Below are positions 43,441-55,149 of a stretch of 64,000 nt of DNA, in pieces (within the stretch, counting starts at the first letter, position 1; every line of letters starts with the position of its first letter). The position numbers were made by a program, and so were the translations under genes. The notes beneath the pieces are model-generated. The model saw nothing but the letters and a program-made list of their open reading frames with translations. It did not search any database and was not told where the DNA came from. The DNA is from an uncultured Gemmatimonadaceae bacterium. GTDB lineage: Bacteria; Gemmatimonadota; Gemmatimonadetes; Gemmatimonadales; Gemmatimonadaceae. The stretch lies in the NCBI GenBank assembly GCA_963790305.1, contig CAWBOC010000009.1, forward strand, positions 32,001 through 96,000. Reading direction: 5' to 3'.

Positions 43441-43476
43441 CCCGACAGGGCGGTCGCGCTCGGTCGGGCTTTTTTT
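43441..43476 (+). terminator. Rho-independent terminator
   Basis: CCCGAC..GTCGGG stem followed by a T7 tract. Confidence 0.65.
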
Positions 43477-43482
43477 GCGTTC

Positions 43483-43522
43483 AACCCCCGAAGACATCTG
43501 ACCCCTGATGTCTTCGGGGGTT
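43483..43522. repeat. Perfect 16-bp palindrome (REP-like)
   Basis: AACCCCCGAAGACATC-TGACCCCT-GATGTCTTCGGGGGTT. Confidence 0.8.
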
Positions 43523-43602
43523 AGCCTGCCTCCCCTCATGACTCTTACGGCAGGTTGCTCGTCTTTTCACCAAGGTAAGCCCCCCGCACCAGGAGACCAA
43601 CC

Positions 43603-44193
43603 ATGGGACTGCTCGTCCTCTTGGTTCTCGCTGCCGGCGTCCTGTTCTGGATCGTCAGCGCGTACAACGGATTGATCAGCCTCAAGAATCAGGTCGTGAA
43701 CGGCTGGAAGCAGATCGACGTCCAGCTGAAGCGCCGGCACGATCTCATCCCGAATCTCGTCGACACCGTCAAGGGTGCGATGCAGTTCGAGCGCGAGACC
43801 CTTCAGGCGGTCATCGAGGCACGCAACCAGGCGATCGCGATCGAGCGCGGCGGCGCGGGCGTCGCCGCGACGGCACAGGCCGAATCGCAGCTGTCCGCGG
43901 CGCTGGGTCGCCTGTTCGCGGTCGTCGAGGCGTACCCGCAGCTCAAGGCCACCGGCAATGTGAGCCAGCTGCAGGAAGAGCTGACATCGACCGAGAACCG
44001 CATCGCCTTTGCGCGTCAGCACTACAACGACGTCTCCACGCAGTACAACACGAAGCAGCAGCAGTTCCCGACGAACCTGGTTGCTGGTTTGGCGAAAGCA
44101 GCCCCGGCCGAGCTGTGGGAGATCACGGATGCCGCTGAGCGGGCGGTACCGAGGGTCGATTTGTCGCTGCGCCCGGGGGCGAGGACGGCATGA
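43603..44193 (+). CDS. lemA: LemA family protein
   Basis: YNGL, WKQIDVQLKRRHDLIPNLV, EAYPQLKA, ENRIAFARQHYN, FPTN. Confidence 0.95.
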   Translation: MGLLVLLVLAAGVLFWIVSAYNGLISLKNQVVNGWKQIDVQLKRRHDLIPNLVDTVKGAMQFERETLQAVIEARNQAIAIERGGAGVAATAQAESQLSAALGRLFAVVEAYPQLKATGNVSQLQEELTSTENRIAFARQHYNDVSTQYNTKQQQFPTNLVAGLAKAAPAELWEITDAAERAVPRVDLSLRPGARTA

Positions 44194-44225
44194 GGTCCTC
44201 GAGGACCTCGAGCACCTGAAGTCTC

Positions 44226-45272
44226 GTGACCGAGCCCACCGACCTCTTCTCCCAGCAGCAGTCCAACCGTAGCCGGTCGCACTGGCTCATCGTCGGCTTC
44301 GTACTCTTCTTCGCCTGGCTTGGCTTCGGTGGCGACCTCATTCTCCTCGAGATGAGTCGCGGCGAGCCGGCGGACGCCCAGTGGGACATCCCGCTCTTTG
44401 GTCTCACGCTCACGACCTACGCAATCATCACCACGCTCTGGGCGTGGCACGCCGGCTCGGAGGCGGTGCTCCGCGCCACCGGGGCGAACGAGATCGAGCG
44501 GGCCGTCACCGAGCAGGAGCGGCTTCTCGTCAACGTCGTCGAAGAGATGTGCGTGGCGGCGGGGATGACGCGGCCGTCGATCTGGATCATCGCCGACGGC
44601 GACCCCAACGCCTTCGCCACCGGTCGGGACGAGCGAACGGCAGCGATCGCTGTGACGCAAGGGCTGCTCGATACCTGCACTCGTGATGAGCTCCAGGCGG
44701 TCATCGCCCACGAGCTGGCGCACATCAGGAACTACGACGCCCGCCTCATGACGCTCCTGGCAGCGATGGTCGGCGCGATCACCATCGTCTCGGAGTACAT
44801 GCACCGCATTCTCTTCCAGCGCGGGACGCAGCGCGCCCTCGGCGCGGTGGTGCCTCGCGGGAGAAAGAAGGGCGGCGGAGTCTTCGTCCTCCTGCTGCTC
44901 GCGCTGTGGCTGATCAGCTGGCTCCTCGCGCCCCTCATCTCGCGTCTCTTGGCGTTGGGTGTCAGCCGCAAGCGGGAATTCCTCGCCAATGCCATGAGCG
45001 CGCAATTCACCCGCAATCCGATGGCGCTCGCCAGCGCCCTCGAGAAGATCGAGCGGGCCGCGGCGCCTACCCGCTGCATCACGCGAGGCGCCGCGCACCT
45101 GTGCATCGCCGACCCGTTAGGCCGCCAGGTGAATCTCCGCGAAGGCTGGCTGGCCGACCTCTGGGGAACGCACCCACCGATGGCCCTGCGCGTCTCGCGG
45201 CTGCGCGGCATGGCGTTCCGCGACCAGAAGCGCGCGCGGCAGACCTCGGGCGAGGTCCCTCAGCTCGCGTAG
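44226..45272 (+). CDS. M48-family (HtpX-like) membrane zinc metalloprotease
   Basis: PNAFATG, HELAH, SRKREFLA, THPP; downstream of lemA. Confidence 0.9.
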   Translation: MTEPTDLFSQQQSNRSRSHWLIVGFVLFFAWLGFGGDLILLEMSRGEPADAQWDIPLFGLTLTTYAIITTLWAWHAGSEAVLRATGANEIERAVTEQERLLVNVVEEMCVAAGMTRPSIWIIADGDPNAFATGRDERTAAIAVTQGLLDTCTRDELQAVIAHELAHIRNYDARLMTLLAAMVGAITIVSEYMHRILFQRGTQRALGAVVPRGRKKGGGVFVLLLLALWLISWLLAPLISRLLALGVSRKREFLANAMSAQFTRNPMALASALEKIERAAAPTRCITRGAAHLCIADPLGRQVNLREGWLADLWGTHPPMALRVSRLRGMAFRDQKRARQTSGEVPQLA

Positions 45273-45274
45273 CC

Positions 45275-45958
45275 TCACTCCCGAAGCAGGAACACGAACG
45301 GCTGTGAGACGAGCTGCGCAACCTTGCGGCCGCGGAACTCCGCCGGCGTGAATCGCGAGCGGCGCAGCGCATCAATGACCGCGTCGCTGAATGCGGGATG
45401 GGTCGAGGCGTCGACCGTCACGGTTTCCATCACTACGCGACCGGTCGTGTCGACCACGAAGCGCGCGCTGACCGTCCCTTCAATGTGCGCCGCACGAAGC
45501 TCCGCCGGGTATCGCGGTGTGGGATTCGCCGGATGCGGCACGACTTCGCGGTCGACGATCGCCCGGTCGACGCCAGGCTCGGCAGCTCCGCTATGCTGCG
45601 CCCGAGAACCGCGTCGCCATTCCTGGCCGGAGATCACGATCTCCTCGTCAGGCGGGTCGACGCTCTCCGGCACGTCAACGGTGAACTGCCCGATCGGCCT
45701 CGGAGGAAGCGTATGCGACGGGATTCTCCCCCGCCCCTGAGCGGCCGCCCGCGACGACGGACCGCAGTCGGCGCATTGTGGCGGGGGCGGCACTGGCGGA
45801 TGCCAGGTGATGACTGTCGCCAGTTCATCGGGCTCTATCAGGGGATGCGCCGCCACCATAGCGCCGCTCAACGCGATGGCGTGCCCAACGATGCTTGCGA
45901 TGGCGCTGTAGTGCGGCCGCGAACGCCTCGGTGAAGACTCGAGTAGCTGGGTGAGCAT
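45275..45958 (-). CDS. TonB-family energy transducer
   Basis: GGAGG RBS; TM SIVGH; Pro-rich linker; PRYP...IEGTVSARFVVDTTGRV...FTPA. Confidence 0.85.
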   Translation of the reverse strand: MLTQLLESSPRRSRPHYSAIASIVGHAIALSGAMVAAHPLIEPDELATVITWHPPVPPPPQCADCGPSSRAAAQGRGRIPSHTLPPRPIGQFTVDVPESVDPPDEEIVISGQEWRRGSRAQHSGAAEPGVDRAIVDREVVPHPANPTPRYPAELRAAHIEGTVSARFVVDTTGRVVMETVTVDASTHPAFSDAVIDALRRSRFTPAEFRGRKVAQLVSQPFVFLLRE

Positions 45959-46054
45959 GGATACCTCCGAACGAGGGTTGTCATCGTTCGTCCATGCTAG
46001 AACACCCACATGATCGCGCCGTGTCGCGCGGATTAACTGTGGATGAACGCCCCG

Positions 46055-49040
46055 TTAGGATTCGTGCGCGCCCGTCGTCGCCGCCTCGGCGGACGGGGCA
46101 GCCCCCATGTGGCGCGGTATGCGCGCCGTGAACGTGCTGCCCTCCCCCGGGCGGCTCGTCACGGTGATGTCGCCACCCAGGAGCCGAGCGAGCCGCCGCG
46201 CCACGCTCAATCCGATTCCCGTTCCCGCAACGCGCCGTGAAGCCTTGTTCTCTACTTGCCAGAACGGATCGAATATCCGCTCGTGATGCTGCGGGAGAAT
46301 GCCGACGCCGGTGTCCCGCACCTCGAACCGGACATCGCCATTGTCGATCCGCGCCGTCAACACGATCTCGCCGTGATCGGTGAATTTGACAGCGTTCGAC
46401 AACAGGTTGAGCAGAATGTGCCGGACCTTTCCGACGTCGGTCTCCACCGTGACCGGCTCCGTCGGACCGTCCACGCGCAAATCGAGCCGCCGTTCCACCG
46501 CCAACGGCGCGATCACCGACGCTGCCTCGCTGATGACGGCGGTGAGTTGCGCCGACCCGGTGCGCAGCTCTTCGCGACCCGTCTCCAGGCGCGAAAAGGC
46601 GAGCACCTCGTCGATCAAGTGCAGAAGGTGATGCGATGCGTTGCGAACGCGCTCGACCTGCTGCCGGCCCGAATCCGGAATCGGTGCGGGCACTCCCATG
46701 AGGAGCAGCTCCGTGTAGCCAATGATGGCGTTCAGCGGCGTACGGAGCTCGTGCGACATCACGCCGAGGAAATCCGTCTTCGCGTGGTTGGCTACCTGCG
46801 CATCGTGGTAGAGACGCGCGTTGTCCACCGCAAGCCCGGCGCGGCGCGCGAACTCCTCGGCCAGCGCGAGGTCCTGGGTTCCGTAGCGTCGGTCCTCGCT
46901 CTCGACGATGAGCCCGATGGCCCCCCGGGTACGTCCACGCGCGAACAGCGGCACGACGATGAGCGACCTGGGGCGTATTCCGCCGAGGAAGTCGTAGGGA
47001 TCGGCGCTCAGCTGCTCGCCCGATACGCGCGGAAAATCGGCCGACGTGCGCGGCACCATTCCGGGACGTGACGGTCGAACCGGTGGAGGGTATTCCGGGA
47101 AGAGATCCGACATTCCCGTACGCAGCGCGCGGACGAGAGGGTGATGGAGCGCGGTCGGATCGGGTGCGGCGTGCAGGGCCGCGTCGATCGCGTCCGAGCG
47201 TGATGCATCACAGTGCACCGCCGCTACGCGGCGGACGTCTCCATCCACGCCAATGACATCGATGACGCATGCCTCGGCCAGGAAGGGCACCGCAAGCTTG
47301 GCGATAATCGGAAGCGTGTCCTCGTAGTCCAGCGATGCAGCGAGGATACTGCTCGCCTCGGCGAGAAAGCGGAGCGACTCCTCCGAGCGGCGCTGCTCGG
47401 TGACGTCGTACACCGTGGCGACGGCGGCGATGATCTTCCCATCGCGATCGAGGATGGGTGTCGAGCTGACAGTCACGAACCCGCGGGTGCCGTCTCCACG
47501 CGTCACCCGGAACGGCTCGCCGACGACGCGCTCGCCATGGAGAATCGAGCGCGCCAGCGGAAACTCCTCGGGCAGCAATTTCACTCCGCTCGGGGACGCG
47601 AACTGCCAGTCGGCGTAAGCGGAAATATTGGGCGAGGCGACAAAGGGGCGTCGAAGGATCTGTTCGAGCTGCTCGTTGCCGCGTACGAGCTTTCCCGTGG
47701 GCGCTTCGGCGATGATCAGCCCCGCCGGCATCTGCTGCACGATGGTGTCGAGTCGAGCCCGCTCCTCGACGAGCTCATCGAACGCGCGCTGTGCCTCGCG
47801 CCGAGCGATCTGCGACTCGTCATACAGTCGCGCACGCTCCAGCGCGAGAGCGCACTTCGCAGCCAGCCCCTGAATGAATGCGCGCTCGTCGTTGCTGAAC
47901 GCCTGCTCGGTTCGAAAGCTCAGCCCAATGGCGCCCAGTGGTCGACCGTCCACCATGAGCGGCACAGCAGCAAGGGCCTTCGTCCCGGTGATCTGCCGCT
48001 CGGTGACGAGCTGGGGATAGCGCGCGGTGAGCTCTCGATCGTTGCCGATCAGAATGGGGGTTCGCTCGCGCACTGCCTCGCTCAGCGGGAGCGGACCATC
48101 GATGGGGATGTGCTTCCACCGTTCGAGCATGTCTTCGGGATAGCCTACGGCACGCACGCGCTCCAAACGCGTCCCGTCGCTCGTGAGCATCGCCATCGCG
48201 CCTGCGTACGCCCCCAGCGCGCTGATGCCCTTGTCGACGATGATTGCCGCGACGTCGGCGGTCGTGAGGGCGCTCGAAAGCGCGGACGTCACTTCGTGCG
48301 ACGCGTGCACGCGTGCAGCCGCGCGCTCGGCATGAGCCGCACGCTGTTCCAGGTCGCGCACCTCCGACGCGAGCCGTTCCGCGCGATGCTCCAGCTCCGC
48401 CACACGCGCCTCGGCTGACGCCGCCTGCATCGCGGTCGTCTCCACGCGTTGTTCCGCGTCGGTCACGCGCTCGCGTTCATGATCGATTGCGACAGCGGCC
48501 TGCTCGCGAATTCGAACGCTGGTGAGAATCCACGCCACCTGGCGGGCGTACAGAGCCGCGACGCGCTCCTGGCGAGCCGAGAGCTGCAGCGGTCTGCGAA
48601 ACAGGGCGGCAAGCACACCGATCGATGACCCGTCCGGCGCCTGGATCGGCACGAGGTGCAATCCGCGAACGCCCGCGGCCCGTACGAGAGGTTGGGGGGT
48701 GAACGCCGCCTCGATCTCCGCGTCGCCGACCGCCACTGGCCCCCGCAGGGCATCGGCCCAAGGGTGCGCGCTGGCCGGCAAGCGCTCGAGCAGGCGGGCG
48801 TGCTCTGGGGCCAACCCGGCAGCGGCGATCAGCGTGAGTGTGTCCCCGGGATCCACGCGAAGCAGGAGCGCCTTATCAGCGTCCTCCAGAGCGGCCAATG
48901 CCGCCAGCAGCTCGCCCAGAAGGGGCTGTACCTCATCCGCGGAGCGAAGCTGGCGCAACAGCGATTCGAACGCCGTCTCCTGGGGAGACGTCGTCCGTCC
49001 GTTCTGTCGTCGCTGACTCGTGCCGTGCCTCTTCGGTCAT
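46055..49040 (-). CDS. Cytoplasmic GAF/PAS multi-sensor histidine kinase (probable frameshift near 48990)
   Basis: GAF-coil-GAF-PAS-GAF; MSHELRTPLN, NLLSNAVKFT, DTGVGI, GTGIGL; no adjacent response regulator. Confidence 0.9.
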
Positions 49041-49234
49041 GGCCGTCGGATGGGTGACGCGGCGGCTCGTCGATGCACGCCAAAACACGACGATACGCTG
49101 CTGTGCAGCGCAACCTCTCCGCGCGAATGGCGTCGCGCCCCACACCCAAAACGTACCGGACTGGCCCCGGCGCGTAAACGGCCCGGGGCCAGCCGCGGCG
49201 CAACGCTGCTGGGCCCCCAAATCGTCTTGCGGGA

Positions 49235-49951
49235 ATGAAAGCATACCTCCCCACGCTCATATTCGCCCTGGTGTGCGCCGCATCACCAGCTGGCCGGCCA
49301 AGCCGCCACCGGCGAAGTGTATCGAGACATCGGCAATACGCTCATGCAGCGCGGCCGGCCCGCTGACGCCGCCAAGAGTTACGCGGAGGCGCTGCGGCTG
49401 CGTCCCGATCTGCACGACGCGCGACGTGGGCTCGGAATGGCATTCATGAAGATGAAGCGCCATGACGACGCCGAACGCGAATTCCGCGACCTCGTGGCCG
49501 CGCGACCGCGGGATGCGGGCGCGCACTACTATCTCGGACGTCGCGCTGTATGCGCGTGGCGCGCACGAAGAGGCCTTGGCCTCCTATCGTGAGGCGCTGC
49601 GCCTGCAGCCGGGCCACGCCGAGGCGCGGCTCGCGGTCGTCATGGTTCTGACGGATCTGGGACGCAGTGGGGAGGCCGTCGCCGCCCTGTCGGAGACGCC
49701 TCGCGCAGGCGAGCCGGGATGGGTCACACTGAGCAGGCGCGCCCGCGCCGCCCACGTCGCGGGACGCCATGCCGAGGCCGTCTTGTTCTGGTCGCAGACC
49801 CTCGAATCCGACCCAGGCGTATTTCGTCACTCGTGGCGCAGAGCGCCTGCTGTGGAACGAGAGCGTCGCGGCCGTCACCGCGCAAAAACCGGTCACGACC
49901 GTACCGGACCCCCTAACGATCGTATCGCTCGTCCTGCGATTGCTCGCGTGA
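49235..49951 (+). CDS. Secreted TPR protein (several apparent frameshifts; end uncertain)
   Basis: Signal-like N-terminus; TPRs YAEALRLRPD, AHYYLG, YREALRLQPGHAEA across frames. Confidence 0.6.
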
Positions 49952-51537
49952 GCGTCTCTTTCACGTCTGCGGCGTGCACCCGCCTTCCCGCGCGATCGGC
50001 GACCTCCGCGCTCACTGGCGCGAGGTCGGCCAGCGCTGGTCCATTGAGCACTCGCCCCTCCGGCGTCGAACCGCGATCCGTGGCAGGGACAATCCCAGCT
50101 CTTCTCGGCGGAATTCCAATCCACGATGCACCGCAGGTGCGTGCACGTCGCGTCGCGCAGATGCAGCAGACCCCTGTCGTCGCGATAGGCAGCGACCTTG
50201 TGCGTGCCCATGCGCACGAGGCGCCCCTCGCCGCGCGCGAATGTCCTCGAACGATGACTCGCCGGGCGTAATCCAGTCGGCGTACTGGACCGCGACGTTG
50301 AGGTTCTCGCGCAGCATGTCCTTGATCGCGCCGAGCGACTTCCGACTTTGGATCGTAGAGCTCCGCCCACGGATTCTCCTTTCCCTGGGCGAGATCGGCG
50401 AGCAGAATCCCGGCGATCGTTCCGTGAGTCATTCCCTGCCCGGAGTCGGCGGTCGCCAGATAGACGTTCTCGGCGCCATCCGGATTGGGCCCGATCATCG
50501 CGAAGCCGTCAGCCGGCTCCATCACCTGACCCGACCACCGATACTCGACCGCCTCGACCATCGGGTAGCGACGACGAGTCCATTCCTCGAGACGGCGGAA
50601 GCGATCGGGTGCGTCGTCCTTCTGTCCGGTCTTGTGATCCTCACCGCCCACGATCAGGACATCGTTCGCATCGTCGAGCGGAGTGCGGTGCGGACGTAGA
50701 TGTACGGATCATCGGTATCCCAGACGAGCGCGCGCGGCACCGAGTCTTTCGGGATGCGCGCGCCGATGACGTACGTGCGATACGGCGCCATTTTCACGTG
50801 CGTCTCCACGTAGTCGCTGATCGGGGAGTTCGTCGCGACGATGAACCGAGCTCGCGGTGACGACGTTCTTGTTACGCGTCTTCACCTGCGGACGCCGCGG
50901 TTTGCCTTCGATGGAATCGACGTGAGTGCCGGTGAAGATCCGCCCCTTGCCTTTCACGATCGCGCGCGTGACGGCGGCGAGATACTCGAGGGGATGGAAC
51001 TGCGCCTGCATGCGGGAACTCGAGGCAGGGACCGCTGTCCCACGACAGCCCCGGAACTCGTGCCAGCCTGCGCCCATCGGTGAGGCCCGCGCGCTTCGCC
51101 GCCTCGAGCTCGCGATCGAGGAACTCCGGAGACTCGCGCTTGCCGAGGAACAGATATCCCGGAACACGCTCGAAATCGCACGCAATGTTCTCTTCGCGCA
51201 CGATCGACTCGATGCGATTGATCGCCGCCATGTGGCTCGCGGTGCCTTCGCGCACGCGCTTCTCGCCGTGTACGCGCTCCAGCCATTGGAATCGGTCGTC
51301 GAGCACGCAGCTCAAGTGCGCGGTCGTCCGCGACGTCTCGCCGCCGCATACCTGTCCGTCATCGAGGATGATGACGTCGACGCCCGCACGGACCAGGTGG
51401 TAGGCGGCTGTGAGACCAACGATGCCGGCACCGACGATGCACACGTCGCAGGAGAGGTCTTCCTCGAGGGCCGCGAAGGTCGGCATCTTGGTGGTGGTCA
51501 TCCACACCGACACGGTGCTTCCCGAATCGCTCTGCAT
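49893..51537 (-). CDS. FAD-dependent oxidoreductase with C-terminal Rieske 2Fe-2S domain (YhfW-like; frameshifted)
   Basis: DVCIVGAGIVG, GETSRTTAHL, QFHPLEYL, GGEDHKTG, WSGQV, CTHLRC...DCPCHGSRF. Confidence 0.88.
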
Positions 51538-51634
51538 GGTCGCGTCCCCAGGTTGGATATCTCGAGCGCTGCGCGGCGGCGCTGTCTGCGCCCGCGAAAT
51601 GGGCATGGCGTATGCCAGCCCGGGGGACCCAGTG

Positions 51635-52665
51635 ATGACCGTATCGCACGATGCGGTGCACGACCCAGGGTCCCCTCGCGCGGCGCTGCGAATCCGCGAC
51701 GTCGAGCCTCCACCGCGCGCCGAGATTCGCGCGCGCGACAGGCGCATCCGCGTAGGCATTGCGGCGTGGACGGAACCAACCTTGGTGAAACCTGGAGTTT
51801 TCTACCCCCAGGGCGTGACGAGCGCGGAGGACCGGCTCCGGCATTACGCCTCGCGATTCACGCTCACGGAAGTCGACTCGACCTACTACGCCATTCCTGC
51901 GCGTCAGATGGCCGAGCTGTGGGTGGAGCGTACACCGGACGACTTCGTGTTCGACGTGAAGGCCCACGCCCTCATGACCGATCACCCGACGGAGACCAAG
52001 CGTCTCCCGAAGGCGATTCGCGAGGCGCTCCCAGCTGAGCAGGCCGAGAAACCGCGCCTCTACGCGAAGGACCTCCCCGCGGACGTCCTGGACGAGGTCT
52101 GGCGCCTCTTTGGGGAGGCGCTCGAGCCGCTGCACACGAGCGGGAAGCTCGGCGTCGTGCTGCTCCAGTATCCGCCCTGGTTCCTGCCCTCGCGCGTCAA
52201 CGCCGAGGCGTTGGTAGCGGCACGCGAGCGACTCGATGGATTGCCCGTCGCGGTCGAGTTTCGGCACCGCTCATGGCTGAGCGGGCGCATGGCGACGCGG
52301 ACACCCGAGTTTCTCGCCGAGCATGACATCCCAATGGTGATCGTCGACGCCCCACCGGGGATGAAGAGCAGCCTTCCCGCCACCCCACTCGTCACGTCGA
52401 GCCGTCTCGCGATCGTGCGGTTACATGGACGGCGCGAGGAGACGTGGGAGCAGCGCAACGAGATCACCTCGGAACGGTACCGGTACCTCTACGACGAATC
52501 CGAGCTCAGCGAGTGGGTGCAGCCGGTGCTCGACGTCGCCGCGCAGGCACCGGAGACGCACGTCATCTTCAACAACTGTTATGGCAACTATGCCCCGACC
52601 AACGCCATCGAGTTCTCGGCACTCCTGCACGAGGCCCGTGCGCGCATGGGAGGCTGGACCGATGA
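51635..52665 (+). CDS. DUF72 domain protein (true stop probably 52665 after an indel)
   Basis: GIAAW, EVDSTYY, FDVKA, LQYPPWF, VEFRHRSW, RLHGR, FNN. Confidence 0.85.
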
Positions 52666-52964
52666 GCGAAGTGCTCGAGACGCGCGTCGTCTCGCGCAAG
52701 ACGGCGCGCGACGGCAAGCACGAGATTTCGGCCGACACCGCGGCGCGACTTCGCGCGCTTCCGTCCCCACTGAGCGTCGTCGTCGATGGCGTCGCCGACC
52801 GCGGCACGGTCGCGTCAATGCCGTGCACCTGCCGGCCCGAGGCGCACGAGCACTGGTTCGTGGAGTCGCACGCCCTGCGTTCGCTCGAGCAGGGCCGCGA
52901 AGCGACGACGTCGATCGCGGGTGACGGGCGGACGGTCACCATCCGCACGACCGCCGATCGTTAG
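52662..52964 (+). CDS. Hypothetical 100-aa protein with CxC..HxH motif
   Basis: GGAGG RBS, ATGA overlap; MSEVLETRVVSRKTARDGKHEIS...MPCTCRPEAHEHWFVES. Confidence 0.65.
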   Translation: MSEVLETRVVSRKTARDGKHEISADTAARLRALPSPLSVVVDGVADRGTVASMPCTCRPEAHEHWFVESHALRSLEQGREATTSIAGDGRTVTIRTTADR

Positions 52965-54872
52965 GCGCCGAGCGAGGGGTGAATGTCGCTGCGCGGCGTG
53001 AAGGTGTGTGCGGGGGAGACGGGACGCGCACGCTCGCTCATGCCCGCCTCGACGGGCCAGCAGGGCCTCCGCCTCTCGCGGCGGCACCGGGCGCGCGCAC
53101 GCGTAGCCCTGGAGCAGGTGGCATCCAATCTCGCGAAGGTGCATGCTCTGATCATCCGACTCCGCACCCTCGGCGATCGTGTCCATCCGGAGGCGCTTCG
53201 CGAGCTCGACGACCGACCGTACGATCTCCTCGCACTCCGGCGCGTCGAGGCGGCTGATGAAATAACGGTCGATCTTCACCGCCGAGATGGGAAATCGGTG
53301 CAGGTAGCTGAGCGATGAGTACCCGGTGCCGAAGTCATCGAGGTGGAGGCGAACACCGAGTGCCGCGAGCTCCCGCAGCGTCGCAAGGGTCGCGTCCCCG
53401 GTATCGACGAACAGGCTCTCGGTGATCTCCAGCGCCAGCGATTCCGGGGCTACGTTCGCCTCCCGCAGTGCTTCGGCGACGTTGGATGGGAGACGCGGCT
53501 GAAGCACTTCTCGGGGCGAGAGGTTGACGCTCACGCCGAGCGGCCGTTCCGAGGGGTAGTCGCGCTGCCAGTGGGCGAGCTGCGCGAGCGCTTCGCGAAG
53601 CACCCACCGGCCGAGCGCCGAAATCGTACCGCTCTCCTCGGCCAATGGGATGAACGATGCGGCGTTGAGCAGTCCCCGCTGCGGGTGGGCCCACCGCGCA
53701 AGCGCCTCGAAGGCAACGATTCGCCCGGTGTGGGCGTCGACGATCGGCTGATAGTGCACCCGCAGCTCTCCTCGCTCCAGTGCGCGTCGCAAGTCGTTCT
53801 CGAGCTCCATGCGAGCGCGCTCGGTCGCGCGGGAACCGGTGTCGAACACTTCGAACCGGGCCTTGCCGCTTGCCTTTGCCCGATACATCGCGAGGTCCGC
53901 ATCGCGCAGCAGCTCCTGGTGACCTTCGAGGTCCGCGCCACCGAATGCGATCCCAATGCTGGCGGTGACCACGACCTCGATCTCCTCGTTGCGCAACGGC
54001 GTGTGCAGCGCCTCCTGCATGCGCTCGGCGATACGCGTGGCATCGGTGGCATCCTTGAGGTCGTCGAGCAGCACCGCGAACTCGTCTCCGCCGAGGCGTG
54101 CCAGCACGTCGCCGGGGCGGACGCAGCTCTGCAGCCGCCGCGCGATGCTCGTGAGAAGCCGGTCGCCGGCGAGATGGCCGAGGCTGTCGTTGATCTGCTT
54201 GAACCGATCGAGATCGAGGAAGAGGAGCGCGATGGTCTGGTCAGGCCGCCGCTGCACGCGCGCAACGGCGCGCTCCAGCGACTCGAGGAAGTAGGCGCGG
54301 TTGACGAGTCCGGTCAGCGCGTCGTGCATGGCGGCGCGGCGCAGATCCTCTTCGGCGCGCTTCCGGGCGCTGATGTCGGTCATCGACCCCGCGATGCGGA
54401 CGGGACGGGCGTCGCGCTCTCGAAGCGCCAGCGCGCGCACGAGCATCCATCGCCAGTTCCCGTCGGCGTGACGCAGCCGGTGCTCGCTCTCCAGTCGCGG
54501 GGAGGTCCCGGCCAGGAGCGCGTCCATGTCGGCGCGCAGGTGCGGGGCGTCGTCGGGATGCACGCGATCGAGCCATTCGCGGGCGAGCGGCAGGAGCTCC
54601 GTATTCTCGAGGCCGAGCATCGTGCGCCACCGCGGCGAAAAGTCGCATCGGTCGCGGACGAGGTCCCAGTCCCACAGGCCGTCGTTGGCCGCGAGGGCCG
54701 CGAGCGCGTACCGCTCCTCGCTTTGCCGGAGGGCGCTGCGCGCACGCTGGAGCTTGTTGTCGAGCCGCGTCATTTCCAGCGCGCGTCGCGCGCTGGAGCG
54801 TCGCTGCCTGACGAGTGACCACAGAAGCGGTGCGCCGAGCACCGCGGCCAACGGGAGGAGTGCTACCCACAT
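52815..54872 (-). CDS. TM-PAS-GGDEF-EAL c-di-GMP cyclase/phosphodiesterase (C-terminal end uncertain)
   Basis: DGLWDWD PAS, DLDRFK, RLGGDEF, FEALARW, DDFGTGYSSL. Confidence 0.93.
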   Translation of the reverse strand: MWVALLPLAAVLGAPLLWSLVRQRRSSARRALEMTRLDNKLQRARSALRQSEERYALAALAANDGLWDWDLVRDRCDFSPRWRTMLGLENTELLPLAREWLDRVHPDDAPHLRADMDALLAGTSPRLESEHRLRHADGNWRWMLVRALALRERDARPVRIAGSMTDISARKRAEEDLRRAAMHDALTGLVNRAYFLESLERAVARVQRRPDQTIALLFLDLDRFKQINDSLGHLAGDRLLTSIARRLQSCVRPGDVLARLGGDEFAVLLDDLKDATDATRIAERMQEALHTPLRNEEIEVVVTASIGIAFGGADLEGHQELLRDADLAMYRAKASGKARFEVFDTGSRATERARMELENDLRRALERGELRVHYQPIVDAHTGRIVAFEALARWAHPQRGLLNAASFIPLAEESGTISALGRWVLREALAQLAHWQRDYPSERPLGVSVNLSPREVLQPRLPSNVAEALREANVAPESLALEITESLFVDTGDATLATLRELAALGVRLHLDDFGTGYSSLSYLHRFPISAVKIDRYFISRLDAPECEEIVRSVVELAKRLRMDTIAEGAESDDQSMHLREIGCHLLQGYACARPVPPREAEALLARRGGHERACASRLPRTHLHAAQRHSPLARRLTIGGRADGDRPPVTRDRRRRFAALLERTQGVRLHEPVLVRLGPAGARH

Positions 54873-55007
54873 CGTCCCACCTCCCCGCGCGAAAGGGCCG
54901 GCCGCGGAGCGACCTCATCGTCGCGTCCCTCGCACGGGCCTCACTCGCTTCTAGTTAGCGAGAATCATACCCTCGCTAGGCAGTGTGGACTGCTCGCACG
55001 TCGTGTT

Positions 55008-55023
55008 CGTGACACGGGTCACG
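55008..55023. promoter_or_regulatory. CRP/FNR-like site upstream of the GGDEF-EAL gene
   Basis: CGTGA-N6-TCACG; TATGAT -10 on minus strand at 54964-54969. Confidence 0.4.
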
Positions 55024-55059
55024 CGCGTTAGGTGGTTGTTCGGTACACAAACGGCGGAG

Positions 55060-55140
55060 ACGTCAGATGGCAGAATCCGGAACTCAGAATTCAGCGGTTG
55101 GCAATCTGAAATCTGACATTCCGTATTCCGACGTCTGACG
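55060..55140. repeat. Degenerate heptamer-repeat hairpin
   Basis: cgtcagatggcagaatccggaactcagaattcag...ctgaaatctgacattccgtattccgacgtctgacg. Confidence 0.55.
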
Positions 55141-55149
55141 GCTTTGCCG

